DNA of 64,000 nt from a virus. The stretch spans positions 1 through 64,000 of IMG/VR virus record IMGVR_UViG_3300032893_000735; one strand, 5' to 3'. Below the pieces are notes generated by a model. It had not been told where the DNA came from. It did not search any database and was given only the letters and a program-made list of their open reading frames with translations. How positions within the stretch are numbered: the stretch's first letter is position 1; each line of letters starts with the position of its first letter. This document shows positions 35,551 through 45,965 of the stretch, piece by piece. A program made the position numbers and the translations under genes.

Positions 35551-38500
35551 TTACAGAAGACTACCAAAACCTACTCCGCTAGTGTTCGGTGATCCAGTTA
35601 GTTCTTCTGGTTCGACTGCTCTCTTAAAGGATTCTCTCAACACGTCACGACTCGCACGGGCTATGTTCTCCTGGTCAGCCAACTCCTGCGCTTGCTGGAA
35701 CTTCTGTTGTTGCAACTGTGCTTGAGCTTGTGCCTGCGCTTGTATCTTCTGGTTCATCTGACCACCCTGCGACTGGGCCTGCTGACGGGCCAAATCTTGC
35801 GGGGTCATGTCAGTAATTATGTCGGACATACTCTTGCATTCCGCTGCTTCGAACCAGAGATGGAGAAGTTCAGTAACATCTATTTTCTTACCTTCAAGAG
35901 CCAGAGAGGATATGATTTCCGGATTGGCCAGCGTTTGCGAGAGCATCGGAAGGGCCTGATTCAGGTTTCTCCGAGTTTGCATTTTCGACCCAGCTAGGAT
36001 GTCAAACTTAACTTTCGCGTTCAGAATATCAACAAGATCCCCGCCGTTCTCAACATACTCATGTTTCAGTTCCTCGCTCATGATGAACTGGAGTTGAGAA
36101 AGTGGGAGCATCATTCGGTTCATTTCAGCCATATCATAAAGAAACGGCACAATAATCTGATTCGCCAGCTTGTCCACGCATTCGGAAATCACGTTGGACG
36201 CGCCCTGAGTCAGCGCCTGCGCCCCAGCGGAACTACGGGCCATATTGGAATGTCCGCTGGCCCCCGCGATACCCTGGGAGGTAATCGAGTTGTTCCCCGA
36301 CACTTCGCCCACCCTAGCTTGCGACTGAGTGAACAAATAACTGGCTTCTTGGACAGGCTCCCCGAACTTGAGCGGTTCCAGATCGCCCTTAGCGTCTACT
36401 TCAATAATCCGATTCGGACCAATTCGGATACTCTGCGTCGGTACCGACTTACCGCGAACCCGAAGCATCGGAGCGTTCAGCTTCAGGTTTGCGATGTTCA
36501 TAACCAGATTCGTGATGCCAGTTTGGACACGCTGTTCGGTTCCGATCGTGTTATGGGTGAGAATGCAGTCGTCAGTTACATACAGATGGTCAGGAGAATC
36601 GACCATGATGCACTGACACTGTTTCTGAGATACTAACTCTACTGACTTGATGAAGCGGGCCGGAAGATACTTTGTTCTAGGTACGTGCTTCTCCACTTTC
36701 CTAGTCAATCGGAAAGGATTAAAGGTAACACCTATAGTCAGAATAAACTGTCTGTCAGCAGGTTTTGCGAGACCTGTGTAATTCTTTTCCCAACCTTCTT
36801 TCCATCTCTTGGTGACGACAGTTACAGAACCTCCCAAAGACTGAACCAGAAATTTCACGTCATCCCGAAGTCTTTCTGAAGTTGTATAGAACTGACAGGC
36901 ACCGTTGCTCAGCGCAGAACCGTCTGTATCCATCAGACCAGCAAGAATTGCTTTTCTTTGAGCGACAGATCCGAACTTGTAGACATCGGGAATAAACTTG
37001 TAACGTGATGTGCAATTTACTCCGAGGTCACGAGTAACCCTACGGATTACATTACACTTTCCATCAAGAGAAGTAAACTTATAGTCATATTGACTTTGCG
37101 GAATTTTAGTGATCTTGGTATTTTCGGGCAGGACTTCGTTAATCCGATCTATGAGTTCTGGATCGGCAGTAGTAAATTTGGGAGTTTCGGTAGTCATACC
37201 CCCGTCGCCAAGAAGGAGCCCCATCAGGTACGGATCAAGAGGCTGTACCTTCTCTTCAAATTCTACTGGAGAAACTATAGGTATCCTGTACCGGCATTGG
37301 TGGTGGCCAGATTTTGCTTTTAAATCTCCCCAAATCTCCTGAAGTTCCAGAGTTCTAGTTTTCCACCCACGCTTCTGTTTGATTTTTGTCTTGGTTTGTA
37401 CTGTCCACAAATGTTCTTTGCAGCACTCAGTAGAAGAGCCGTCCGAAAAATGGACACGATAAACATCTTTCTCGCCTTGCGGATATATCCCAGTAACACA
37501 GTATGGCTTTCCATCAGAACCGATAACCTTGGTTCCAACTTCAACTTCTCCCATTGTAGTCCAACCATCTGGGGTCAAAATCTTAGCGTCAAGAGGCTGG
37601 GAGCGACCGAGCCCCAAACTCCAAAAACTTTGCGGAGAATCCCACCACCCAATCGAGTAAAACGGGATCTTGCCGTAGATATTCTTGTCGTTGTAAATTA
37701 CAAGTTTCTTCTGGAGGACTACGATGTACGTGTTGTTATCCCACCGTTCGAGGACTTCAAGCGGCTGCTGGAAAGGATCGATGGTCGTCTTTTCCCACGG
37801 AGAATCTGCCCGAGCGTCCCAAAGAGGATTACGCCCGCCTTCTTGCTGAGGGTTTGATTCGACAGGTTCTACAGGGGGGAGGAACAATTCAAGGAGTTTT
37901 TCACGTGACGGGATGTTGTAGCCTTCCCGTTCGCGGAGTCTGTCCAGGTCTTCCCAAGTCATGTACCGGCGGCGGATAACATACTTCGCTTTTCGAATAT
38001 CAGGAACGTCCAGACCGGGATCGACCAAGATTTCTCGCAGATTGACGATATGCTCGAATGTGGGCCTGTCTACGACCTCTTCTATTTCTTCGACTTCTAA
38101 TTCGTCATCCGTGATACTTGTAGCAGGCGCTCCGGGGATTGAACTGGGGATTACGATAGGAGGATTCTTGCGCTTGATGATTTTACGGGTACGAGTAAAT
38201 TTTTCCCATCCGGCTTGGAAGATGGCCGTGCCGAACAGCAGCATGTTCATGGTTCCCAGACGGATCTCTTCGCGGAAATTTATATCTTCTAATTGGTATC
38301 CGAGAAGTGCGGAAACGGCTCGGGCAGCTTGCGCCGAAGTTCCGCTTCGTTCTTGCGTCATAAAAGGAGGGTTCTCATAAAACAAACCGGCAAGAACTTG
38401 AGGGGTAAGACCGTTTACCGCAGTTGCAACCGTGTAGAAGTTTACAGAGGCCGCTTCCATCTGGGTTCCGGGCCAAAAATTCGGAGTCATGACCGCGTTG

Positions 38501-38697
38501 TAGAGGTCGCGGGCATTGTTCCAACCCATTAAATACTCGCGACGACGTTCTCCGCTGTCGGCCTTTTCCGCGTCCTGTAGTACAAGTTTTAGCGGAGCTG
38601 AATCAGACGAAGCCCAGGATTGATCGTTAAGAAACGAGAGCGCCTCTTCTTTTGTGAGGTCTTGGTAAGCGTTAACCTCTGGCTGATTTAGTATCAT
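35551..38697 (-). CDS. Portal protein containing an intein
   Basis: Podovirus-type portal features (LFGTAIFQAGW, ILVDP, IPFY, Gln-rich tail); lies downstream of terminase. Confidence 0.85.
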   Translation of the reverse strand: MILNQPEVNAYQDLTKEEALSFLNDQSWASSDSAPLKLVLQDAEKADSGERRREYLMGWNNARDLYNAVMTPNFWPGTQMEAASVNFYTVATAVNGLTPQVLAGLFYENPPFMTQERSGTSAQAARAVSALLGYQLEDINFREEIRLGTMNMLLFGTAIFQAGWEKFTRTRKIIKRKNPPIVIPSSIPGAPATSITDDELEVEEIEEVVDRPTFEHIVNLREILVDPGLDVPDIRKAKYVIRRRYMTWEDLDRLREREGYNIPSREKLLELFLPPVEPVESNPQQEGGRNPLWDARADSPWEKTTIDPFQQPLEVLERWDNNTYIVVLQKKLVIYNDKNIYGKIPFYSIGWWDSPQSFWSLGLGRSQPLDAKILTPDGWTTMGEVEVGTKVIGSDGKPYCVTGIYPQGEKDVYRVHFSDGSSTECCKEHLWTVQTKTKIKQKRGWKTRTLELQEIWGDLKAKSGHHQCRYRIPIVSPVEFEEKVQPLDPYLMGLLLGDGGMTTETPKFTTADPELIDRINEVLPENTKITKIPQSQYDYKFTSLDGKCNVIRRVTRDLGVNCTSRYKFIPDVYKFGSVAQRKAILAGLMDTDGSALSNGACQFYTTSERLRDDVKFLVQSLGGSVTVVTKRWKEGWEKNYTGLAKPADRQFILTIGVTFNPFRLTRKVEKHVPRTKYLPARFIKSVELVSQKQCQCIMVDSPDHLYVTDDCILTHNTIGTEQRVQTGITNLVMNIANLKLNAPMLRVRGKSVPTQSIRIGPNRIIEVDAKGDLEPLKFGEPVQEASYLFTQSQARVGEVSGNNSITSQGIAGASGHSNMARSSAGAQALTQGASNVISECVDKLANQIIVPFLYDMAEMNRMMLPLSQLQFIMSEELKHEYVENGGDLVDILNAKVKFDILAGSKMQTRRNLNQALPMLSQTLANPEIISSLALEGKKIDVTELLHLWFEAAECKSMSDIITDMTPQDLARQQAQSQGGQMNQKIQAQAQAQAQLQQQKFQQAQELADQENIARASRDVLRESFKRAVEPEELTGSPNTSGVGFGSLL
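36550..37602 (-). mobile_element. 351-aa intein with a LAGLIDADG domain (Ser1, WCT signature of class 3)
   Basis: GR|SQPLDAKILTPDGW...CCKEHLW...LLGDG...LAGLMDTDG...CQCIMVD...ILTHN|T. Confidence 0.92.
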
Positions 38698-39516
38698 TTA
38701 TACCCTCGTAATCCCTAGCTTTTTCATTTTAGATGAGATTGTGTTATGCGCTACACCCAATCTTCGTCCAATTTCCCGGAGAGATATATCCATTTTCAAT
38801 AGTTCTCTAAGAAGTGTTTCGTCTATTTTTCTGCGTTCCACTTTTTTAGCTTGTTCCGATTTGACTTCCCAAAACGGTCGGAAAGGAAGACCAGATTTCT
38901 TTATTCGTCTTCGAACTGTATCTGTGCTGATCCCGAAACGCTTAGATATATCTGTTGTAGTAACTCCGTTATTCCACAGAAACACAAGTTCCTCTGAACA
39001 AATATTTTTCAAGAAGTTATGAGAGCCTCGGCCTGTCATACGTTTTGACATTTTTTCGCAGGTTTCAGGGGATAACTTTTTACCTCGAACCCCCGTGTGT
39101 CTCCCCTCGGCCCACGCTATTCTGAGGCTTTCAGATGTTTTTCTTTTCGCTTCTTCAGTTCTCTTCGTCCCCAGTTTCTTTTGTCTGGCTTTTTCAATAG
39201 CTTCGGGAGTTGGTTCTCTCCGGTCCCCTCCGGAAGTCATGTTGTACCCGACTTTTGGATTCATAGAATCTAGAAGAATAATCCATATTGACTCTAAATA
39301 GTTAGCCTGCTCGGAAGTTTCGCACGTCATTACCTCTTTGATTACAAACGAGTCTATACCATACTTCCGCATAGCGTTGTACAGGTGCGCCGTGTATCCT
39401 TCGTTTCGCCTTGCTCTGCACTTGTGAAGAGTCCACCGACGTTCCAGAAATTGATTCGTCTGCCCAACGTATATCTTATCGTTTACGAGATTTGTAATCA
39501 GGTATATAGTGAACAT
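38698..39516 (-). CDS. GIY-YIG homing endonuclease (NUMOD3 plus HTH)
   Basis: TIYLITN...IYVGQT, GYNMTSGG. Confidence 0.88.
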   Translation of the reverse strand: MFTIYLITNLVNDKIYVGQTNQFLERRWTLHKCRARRNEGYTAHLYNAMRKYGIDSFVIKEVMTCETSEQANYLESIWIILLDSMNPKVGYNMTSGGDRREPTPEAIEKARQKKLGTKRTEEAKRKTSESLRIAWAEGRHTGVRGKKLSPETCEKMSKRMTGRGSHNFLKNICSEELVFLWNNGVTTTDISKRFGISTDTVRRRIKKSGLPFRPFWEVKSEQAKKVERRKIDETLLRELLKMDISLREIGRRLGVAHNTISSKMKKLGITRV

Positions 39517-39797
39517 TACTTCGCCCCCGAAAGTTCCACGCAGGTGTTTCGGGATTTTTCAAAGTAGTCCGCAGACATCTTTTTAGCGGCGCGATTCTGA
39601 AGTTTGTTGGGTACGGAGGCGTCAATTACCATCTGGATTTCTTTTTCCAGATTGTCGAGGATGGAAACAAAAAGAGGCTGGATAGGTCCTTGATTTACGT
39701 TCATTATATTATTCCTTGAATGAATTTTTTGTCGGTTGATTAAAGTGTTACCGACACCACTTGTTGTCCGAAAAATGGACGGGATTAGTACCCGCAA
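39516..39797 (-). CDS. Hypothetical protein (likely start ~39704)
   Basis: AAGGA RBS before MNVNQG. Confidence 0.5.
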   Translation of the reverse strand: MRVLIPSIFRTTSGVGNTLINRQKIHSRNNIMNVNQGPIQPLFVSILDNLEKEIQMVIDASVPNKLQNRAAKKMSADYFEKSRNTCVELSGAK

Positions 39798-40114
39798 TCC
39801 GGCTCGATGGCATTAGGAATCATCGCCCCGGTAATCAAATCAACCTGATCCCTCTTCGCCTTAACACTAGTACCCGCCTCCGAAGAACTCTTGCCGACCT
39901 TCCAAACATCCTTACTCCAGTTGGAAGGCATCTGGTCCCCATCGTCTTGTACCCTGCGCGGAGATTCCTGTTCATCAGACAACTCTACTAGCTTACCCGC
40001 ACCGCTTGCCATACCAGCAGGGCCGGAGCCGCCAGTCATGGGGAAGTCAGAAGGCTTACACTGCCGAGGGGATTCGAGATTCCCGCCGAGCTTAATCAAA
40101 TCGCCGATTGCCAT
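39785..40114 (-). CDS. Hypothetical protein
   Basis: GAGGA RBS. Confidence 0.6.
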   Translation of the reverse strand: MAIGDLIKLGGNLESPRQCKPSDFPMTGGSGPAGMASGAGKLVELSDEQESPRRVQDDGDQMPSNWSKDVWKVGKSSSEAGTSVKAKRDQVDLITGAMIPNAIEPDCGY

Positions 40115-40115
40115 A

Positions 40116-40496
40116 TTATCCTCTTAATCCGGGCACTCGGCCCGATGTTGGTTTGTTGAAGTTCAGAGCAGACTTGCCCATAGGTTTCATGAAACTAGGT
40201 TGTCCATTTTCTGGACGAGGGGCAGGTTCTTGCCAGCCATTAGGCCGATCTACACGAAGATGTGGCTGGAAAGTGATACCGAAAAGTTCGTATGTTCCGT
40301 TGTTTGGGTTGTCAGAAATTTGTGGCATTTTTCCTTGCAACTTCTGACCCGGAGGAGGCATCCATCTGCTTGGTTGACAGGCGTCTGTGGTATGCTCCGC
40401 GATTACCTTGCCGTCGTCATCTATGATTTTGACTTGGAGTTTCACTAGTATACTACCGTCATCTTTTCTATATTGTGCCCGATGATATTCCAGCAC
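40116..40496 (-). CDS. Hypothetical protein
   Basis: 126 aa in the operon. Confidence 0.5.
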   Translation of the reverse strand: MLEYHRAQYRKDDGSILVKLQVKIIDDDGKVIAEHTTDACQPSRWMPPPGQKLQGKMPQISDNPNNGTYELFGITFQPHLRVDRPNGWQEPAPRPENGQPSFMKPMGKSALNFNKPTSGRVPGLRG

Positions 40497-40690
40497 GTTT
40501 TCGGGAGCCCTTTTTCGTCGTGGTCTTCATATCTTTGTTTCCCGTAGTTGGATAGTATTCTTGTAGTTGTTTCGTAAAGAATATCTTCTGCCCTACGTTT
40601 TGCGGACATCGCTTTGATCAATTCCGAGAACTCCTCGTCCGTAATCCTCTGGACTCCGAGTCTAGGAACGTCTTCATAAGGTGTGTACAT
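40445..40690 (-). CDS. Hypothetical protein
   Basis: 81 aa, directly after terminase. Confidence 0.5.
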   Translation of the reverse strand: MYTPYEDVPRLGVQRITDEEFSELIKAMSAKRRAEDILYETTTRILSNYGKQRYEDHDEKGLPKTCWNIIGHNIEKMTVVY

Positions 40691-40691
40691 T

Positions 40692-42779
40692 TTATCCCCA
40701 CATGCCAGCCCCGAGCACGTTTTGCATACCGTTCGGGGTGTAGCTTGATGCTTCGGGTTCAGGTTGGAACATATCCATCGGACTTGGTTCTGGTTCTGGG
40801 TACAGCGGAACCATCAACCCGTTTTCGTCTAGGGTATAGGCTGGTCCTAGCTTAGAATCGTAGTCCTCTTCGAATACTTCATGCCAGCCGAGACGGTCGA
40901 TACAAGAGAACATGTCACGGTTGTTTTCGATTAGGGCGATTGTGGCGGGCGGGGAGAATTTTCCGGCTTGGTATCCAAGATTGTCAGGTATGTCATCATG
41001 ATTATGATCGAACATACATTTTTCAAATTCGTTGTAGACAATCTCTATCTTGTTGAGCGGCGGAGGATTGTTCTCCATACAGAAATTAGCAAACTTGAAT
41101 CTTCCCTCTGAAATCCATGGATGCAGACTGCCCATTCGAAGTTTCTTGGCGTCTTTCTGCTGGTCTGGGGTGAACCAGTCGATTCCTCGAATAAGTTCTA
41201 TCAGCCAAGGATCTCCAGTTCTAACCGCAGCTTGCTCCAGAGAATCTCTTAGGTATGTAGCACCTTGGGCATTCTCAATAGCAACCACGAACGGATGTTC
41301 TTCCTGAGCTAACTTGATTATGTTCTGGACGATCTGGTGGGGCAGCATCCGATCTCTTACGATGCGGCGGACATAAGCGACGGTCTGCTTTTTATCTGTC
41401 CGTTTTCCGGACTCGTCTATAATTGGTTCTTCGCCCCAGATTACGGATGTTCCTACCGTGTAATCTCTGCCCTTCTTTTGGCTAGAAGCTAGATCCCAAA
41501 CCTGCGAGCACGGACCTTCCCGTGGAAGTTGAGAGTAAGGGACAGTGGCACGGAGAAGCATAGCCCTGTCGAACCCAACTTGACTTGCGTTTCGTGGGTT
41601 CTGGTTGCGTTGGCCTTCGAAAGACTTTTCGTCCTTAGTGAGGTCGCCCATGCACCAAGAGAAAGACATTAGGTGCGGCAGGAGTAAGGTGCATCCTTCC
41701 TCGCCAGCTTCCTGGTAGGTGACGGGACGGCCTTCTCGCTCCAACTTCTCTCGGACTTCCGGCTTGATCTGGATCGCCCGACCGATCAGGATGTTGGTGT
41801 TGGTGGTTTTGTTCTCGTAGAACTCCCAGCCTTGACCGGTTGTTGTGGTGATGTCGCCTACGTTTTTGTCGAGTAGGACACCGTAGTGGTCTTCGTCGGC
41901 ATACCTAGTCCCGATCAGGTCGATATATGAGCCCCCGAGCGCCAGTAGCTTTTCTGACAAGAAGAGGTGGTTAGATACCTTCTCGCAAAGCAGGGTAGTC
42001 TCCGAGTTGGTATCGGACACCGCGTCATCAGCTTTGATTAATTCGTAACGCCATCCTGCCTTACTCTTGCCGACAGATGAAGCGTAAACAGTAGGTTCTT
42101 TTCGACCAGTTTTCTTTGCCGCGTAAACTGGACAAGTAAACTCGTTCGCTGCGCCTGCCTTACCTTCCTCCACACAAAAGCTGGGCCAGAAGACGTTCAT
42201 CCATGTGGGGTCTTCCTTGATGTAGAAGTGGCCGCGAATCTCGTTTAAAAAACCCTCTGCGAGACTCTTTTCTGCGGTGAGGTACAGAATTCTAATATTC
42301 GGAAAGCAAAGAATCCAATTTACAGTATCTATATGGTCGAAACTTGATTTTGCCGCGCCGCGAGGGTACAGAAGAAGTCTAGTCTTGACATCGCTTTGTT
42401 TATTTATCGGCTTCGTAGGATCTTTCTTAATAAACAACTTAGTGAAAGGCCCGTAATACTCGTCACAGAAAATGTTCTCTTCGATTGGACGCGTTCCGTT
42501 GTCGGAGGCTGGGTTCGTCATCCAGCAGAAGAATTGAGCCAGCCACATCAAATCAGTTTGGCAACGGTGCCGAACTTCTTTGCCAAGTCGAGTGTTTGGT
42601 ATATGATCGGTGCCAAGTTGCATCATGTTTAGCAAATCTTGGCGGATACTAACTAGAAAGTCATACAAGGCCCTGTTGGGAATTTTCTCGGCATCTTTGT
42701 AGAACTCGTCGGGGGAATCCTCCAAAAGAGAAGGATTCCCTCCATACTCAATTATCAATTCATCAAAATTCGACGCCAA
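40692..42779 (-). CDS. terL: Terminase large subunit
   Basis: LLLYPRGAAKSS Walker A, LIKADD Walker B, IGTRY, VWDLA RNase H Asp, HDDIPD. Confidence 0.9.
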   Translation of the reverse strand: MASNFDELIIEYGGNPSLLEDSPDEFYKDAEKIPNRALYDFLVSIRQDLLNMMQLGTDHIPNTRLGKEVRHRCQTDLMWLAQFFCWMTNPASDNGTRPIEENIFCDEYYGPFTKLFIKKDPTKPINKQSDVKTRLLLYPRGAAKSSFDHIDTVNWILCFPNIRILYLTAEKSLAEGFLNEIRGHFYIKEDPTWMNVFWPSFCVEEGKAGAANEFTCPVYAAKKTGRKEPTVYASSVGKSKAGWRYELIKADDAVSDTNSETTLLCEKVSNHLFLSEKLLALGGSYIDLIGTRYADEDHYGVLLDKNVGDITTTTGQGWEFYENKTTNTNILIGRAIQIKPEVREKLEREGRPVTYQEAGEEGCTLLLPHLMSFSWCMGDLTKDEKSFEGQRNQNPRNASQVGFDRAMLLRATVPYSQLPREGPCSQVWDLASSQKKGRDYTVGTSVIWGEEPIIDESGKRTDKKQTVAYVRRIVRDRMLPHQIVQNIIKLAQEEHPFVVAIENAQGATYLRDSLEQAAVRTGDPWLIELIRGIDWFTPDQQKDAKKLRMGSLHPWISEGRFKFANFCMENNPPPLNKIEIVYNEFEKCMFDHNHDDIPDNLGYQAGKFSPPATIALIENNRDMFSCIDRLGWHEVFEEDYDSKLGPAYTLDENGLMVPLYPEPEPSPMDMFQPEPEASSYTPNGMQNVLGAGMWG

Positions 42780-42825
42780 GATATATCCTCTAATCTATAA
42801 CTCTATTATACCACACTCTGTCAAG

Positions 42826-42975
42826 TTACTTCTTCTTTGTGGCCTTCTTTGCCTGTTTAGCGGTCATGACTTTTTCGCCCTTTTCAACCTTAGCCATTCC
42901 GCCCTTCTTGACTTTGCCGCCCTTCTTATATGTAGAGGGAGACGCCATACTGCCCGTCTGTTTCATTCCAGTCAT
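42826..42975 (-). CDS. 49-aa Lys-rich basic protein (not in the ORF track)
   Basis: MTGMKQTGSMASPSTYKKGGKVKKGGMAKVEKGEKVMTAKQAKKATKKK, coupled to the upstream gene. Confidence 0.6.
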   Translation of the reverse strand: MTGMKQTGSMASPSTYKKGGKVKKGGMAKVEKGEKVMTAKQAKKATKKK

Positions 42976-42976
42976 A

Positions 42977-43162
42977 TTACCTTCCTTTTGATTTCTTTTT
43001 CTTGCTCACCCCGGCTTCACTGAGGGCGATTGCGATCCCTTGTTTAGGGTTGGTTACTTTCTGGCCAGAGCTAGACTTCAGCTTTCCCGACTTAAACTCG
43101 TGCATCACATCCGATACCGCTTTACGCTTACCGGCTTTGGTGGTTGGTTTTCTTGCTGGCAT
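42977..43162 (-). CDS. Small basic DUF6496-like protein (MPARKPTT...)
   Basis: VMHEFKSGKLKSSSGQKVTNPKQGIAIALSEAG. Confidence 0.75.
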   Translation of the reverse strand: MPARKPTTKAGKRKAVSDVMHEFKSGKLKSSSGQKVTNPKQGIAIALSEAGVSKKKKSKGR

Positions 43163-43247
43163 ATTTCGTCCATTTTCTGGATTGCTTCGTCCTGTTCTCT
43201 CAGTTGATCTGGCTAGGCCGGGTATCGTCGTGCTCACAGCGTCAGCG

Positions 43248-45953
43248 CTACTGGAAGCAGCGCACATTGTACGTTTTTGCTGTAGGCGTGGCGCTTGTTC
43301 CGCCGTAATTCCAAACGAGCACTGCCACTGTGTTTGTGCCGTTTCCATAAGCCTGAACGACGAATGGATAGCCAGGGCCGGCGGATCCATCTGTGGCGGT
43401 CGCAACACAATTCATGCCGGACGTTGCTCCAGTCACTGTGACAGCCGCGCTGGTATTGCTACCCGATGGAACGCTCGATCCGCCGATGCTTGAGCTGGTC
43501 CCCGTAAGAGGGGCGATGTAGTTATTCACGGCCACCCACGAGGATCCGTTGTAAATCCATCCGTAGGTTGTTCCCGCGCTCAAAGCGTCGCGAACAAAGT
43601 CGCCCTGTTGGTATCCGGTTCCCGAACTCGGAATAGATTGCCTAGTCTCAGTGCTGGAGAAAAAGACGCCTGTTCCTCCGCTCACGGTTTGCGCATAGGT
43701 ACGACCGGATATTGGATCAAAAATCGAGGACCCATGCGGAGGATAATTTGGCGATGACATGCTGAGCGTAATCGGGTTGGAGTAGCTGAAATTCGGAACC
43801 TTAACGCTAAAGAACGGCGAGGATGTGGAGAAAACAACATACGGGGTCAAAGATGAAGGGCTTCCCGTATAGCTAATATCATCACCATTGAATCGAAGGC
43901 CGCTCCCTGCGTTGTCTCCACTTGCTCCAAGAAAATATGTTCCATAAACCATCGTCGGCGTCGTTTGTGTGTCCGAAATTACGTTGTTCTCTGCTACCGA
44001 ACCAGACCATGCTGTCACGGTGCTGATCGTAATTCCAGACTGCCAAAGGGAAAAACAAAAGCTGGACGCGCTTCCGTTTCGCTGGCCGGGATTATGAATA
44101 TGGTTCCCCGAGATATCCAAATCAGTGACCGTCGAGAGTGGCTGAATCGTGATGCCTGAACACAGTGGGCTTTCGATGGTGTTTCCGATAATAGACACGT
44201 TCGCCAGCGGGGTCGCATTCGATCCCGACAGAGCGATGCCCGCAGAAAAGCTATTGGTCGCCAGCGTGTCTGCGACGAATCGAATGTTGTTGTTCTCGAT
44301 GTGGACATTCGTCAAACCGTAGGTGCTTGCCGGAAAGAGAGCAACTCCCGATTCGTCATTGGAAACCGACCAGGGATTGGCACCTCGGTTCACGCTGATG
44401 ATGTTTCCGGTTATGTTCAACCCGTCATAACTCCCGTCCGTAGCCCAGATCGAAACTCCTCGATTCACATTCGAGCAGGTGTTTCCGATCACATTGAGGT
44501 CATGAACGACGGATTCATTTGCACTCGTGGCAACGCATGCCCTGTAGTTTTGGATAACATTGCCGCTGACGATCTTCGAATCCTGGTGCACCTCGATTGC
44601 GGTTCGCACCCCAATTCCCGCGGCTTGAAACGTGTTTCCCTCCACGATCCCGCCTGTCCCCGTCAGATAAATCTCCGAGGAGTCATGGTCGTAGGTTCCA
44701 CCGATCCCCATGTTGGACCAATGATTGTTGATGATCGAACAGTTATTGCACAAGTTGAGCGAAACCGTCTGAACGTCGTTCCCATTGATGAACTTTACGT
44801 TTTGAACCGTGACATTATGCGCCGTCCCGCCATTTATCTGAAAGGCGATGTGCTCATTTGCGCCGATTGGGTTGCTGTTCACTGCGTTGTTCGCGGCGTT
44901 CCCATCGATGGTCAGGTTTTCGATGGTCACGTTTGCGGGCGAACCGCTGAAATCGAACAACGCCCGATAGTTGCCGAGTGAATTTCCAATCTTGATTGTT
45001 CCGCTTCCGGTGAAGCCGATATTGTTGTAAGGGATCGTGTAAATATAGCCGCCCGGTGAGGGATTTGAGCCGATGACACACACAGTGGAATCGGGTATGT
45101 AAATTCGCACCGGGACAGTATAGGCTCCCCCCGCCGTGATCGCTGCCCCAATCGCCGCGCGGTCGTCCGTTGAGCCGTCGCACTTCGCTCCATAAGCCGC
45201 GTTGCGAATGTCGATTACCGGCGTCACGGCAGAGATCGCATTCGCAGCCGCGACGGTACTAAAGTTGGCAGGTCCAGGAGTTCCCGTCTGCCCGATGCTG
45301 GAGGGGTTAATCGCGTTTCCATCTACGACGGCGGTAGCCGCGCCTTGAGCATTATTCTGCCCAGTCCCGCCTAAAGGAATCGAAATAGGGTAAGACGGGG
45401 CGGTTGAAGAATTGGCGCAAACATTCGGAATGACCTGGGACCCTTGCCCAGGCGCGGATATAGTCTCAGTTACACAATAGTTCAGAGGGATATAGTACCC
45501 GTAGTTCCCGTTCGAGTCAGTTGTCACTGAGCTAGAGGCGATAGGAACAGACAAAGCTGGGTCAGAATAAATAGTCGCCCCAGACCCCGTACCCGTAACC
45601 GTAACCCTAACCGTAGCATAAGGAGCCACCTGAGCGGTGATAGTATTCGTCCCGCGCATCAGGACTTGGTTAGTCCGATGGTAACCTCCTGTCGCTTGCT
45701 GGGCCAGTCCGAAAAATGGACAAAGTAAAATAAGTAGTAGTAAAAGTTTCTTCACAATCCCTCTGTCTAGTTCCGGAGTTACTTGTTCTGTGGACAAATC
45801 TCGGAGGATAATCTCCGCCAGTCTCGCTTCGTTCTCATGTTCAGCAGCTATTGCTTTGTACCCATTGTGTCGAGCCATCCCAGCTTCCCGTATTGATTTC
45901 TGGCGATGGCCCGAAACGAACAACCTGACTCGCTCCAAAACTTCGAACGTCAT
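43248..45953 (-). CDS. Tailspike-like right-handed beta-helix protein (internal GTG start at 45755 gives a signal-peptide-like N-terminus)
   Basis: YGAKCDGSTDDRAAI; many parallel beta-helix repeats; GAGGG RBS before VKKLLLLLILLCPFFG. Confidence 0.75.
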   Translation of the reverse strand: MTFEVLERVRLFVSGHRQKSIREAGMARHNGYKAIAAEHENEARLAEIILRDLSTEQVTPELDRGIVKKLLLLLILLCPFFGLAQQATGGYHRTNQVLMRGTNTITAQVAPYATVRVTVTGTGSGATIYSDPALSVPIASSSVTTDSNGNYGYYIPLNYCVTETISAPGQGSQVIPNVCANSSTAPSYPISIPLGGTGQNNAQGAATAVVDGNAINPSSIGQTGTPGPANFSTVAAANAISAVTPVIDIRNAAYGAKCDGSTDDRAAIGAAITAGGAYTVPVRIYIPDSTVCVIGSNPSPGGYIYTIPYNNIGFTGSGTIKIGNSLGNYRALFDFSGSPANVTIENLTIDGNAANNAVNSNPIGANEHIAFQINGGTAHNVTVQNVKFINGNDVQTVSLNLCNNCSIINNHWSNMGIGGTYDHDSSEIYLTGTGGIVEGNTFQAAGIGVRTAIEVHQDSKIVSGNVIQNYRACVATSANESVVHDLNVIGNTCSNVNRGVSIWATDGSYDGLNITGNIISVNRGANPWSVSNDESGVALFPASTYGLTNVHIENNNIRFVADTLATNSFSAGIALSGSNATPLANVSIIGNTIESPLCSGITIQPLSTVTDLDISGNHIHNPGQRNGSASSFCFSLWQSGITISTVTAWSGSVAENNVISDTQTTPTMVYGTYFLGASGDNAGSGLRFNGDDISYTGSPSSLTPYVVFSTSSPFFSVKVPNFSYSNPITLSMSSPNYPPHGSSIFDPISGRTYAQTVSGGTGVFFSSTETRQSIPSSGTGYQQGDFVRDALSAGTTYGWIYNGSSWVAVNNYIAPLTGTSSSIGGSSVPSGSNTSAAVTVTGATSGMNCVATATDGSAGPGYPFVVQAYGNGTNTVAVLVWNYGGTSATPTAKTYNVRCFQ

Positions 45954-45965
45954 GCGGCCTCTAAT

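Noticed and set aside
18999-45953. Diversity-generating retroelement or invertase shufflon acting on the fibres
   Set aside because: No reverse transcriptase or recombinase in the window, no adenine-specific TR/VR pair, and the shared flanks are direct rather than inverted.
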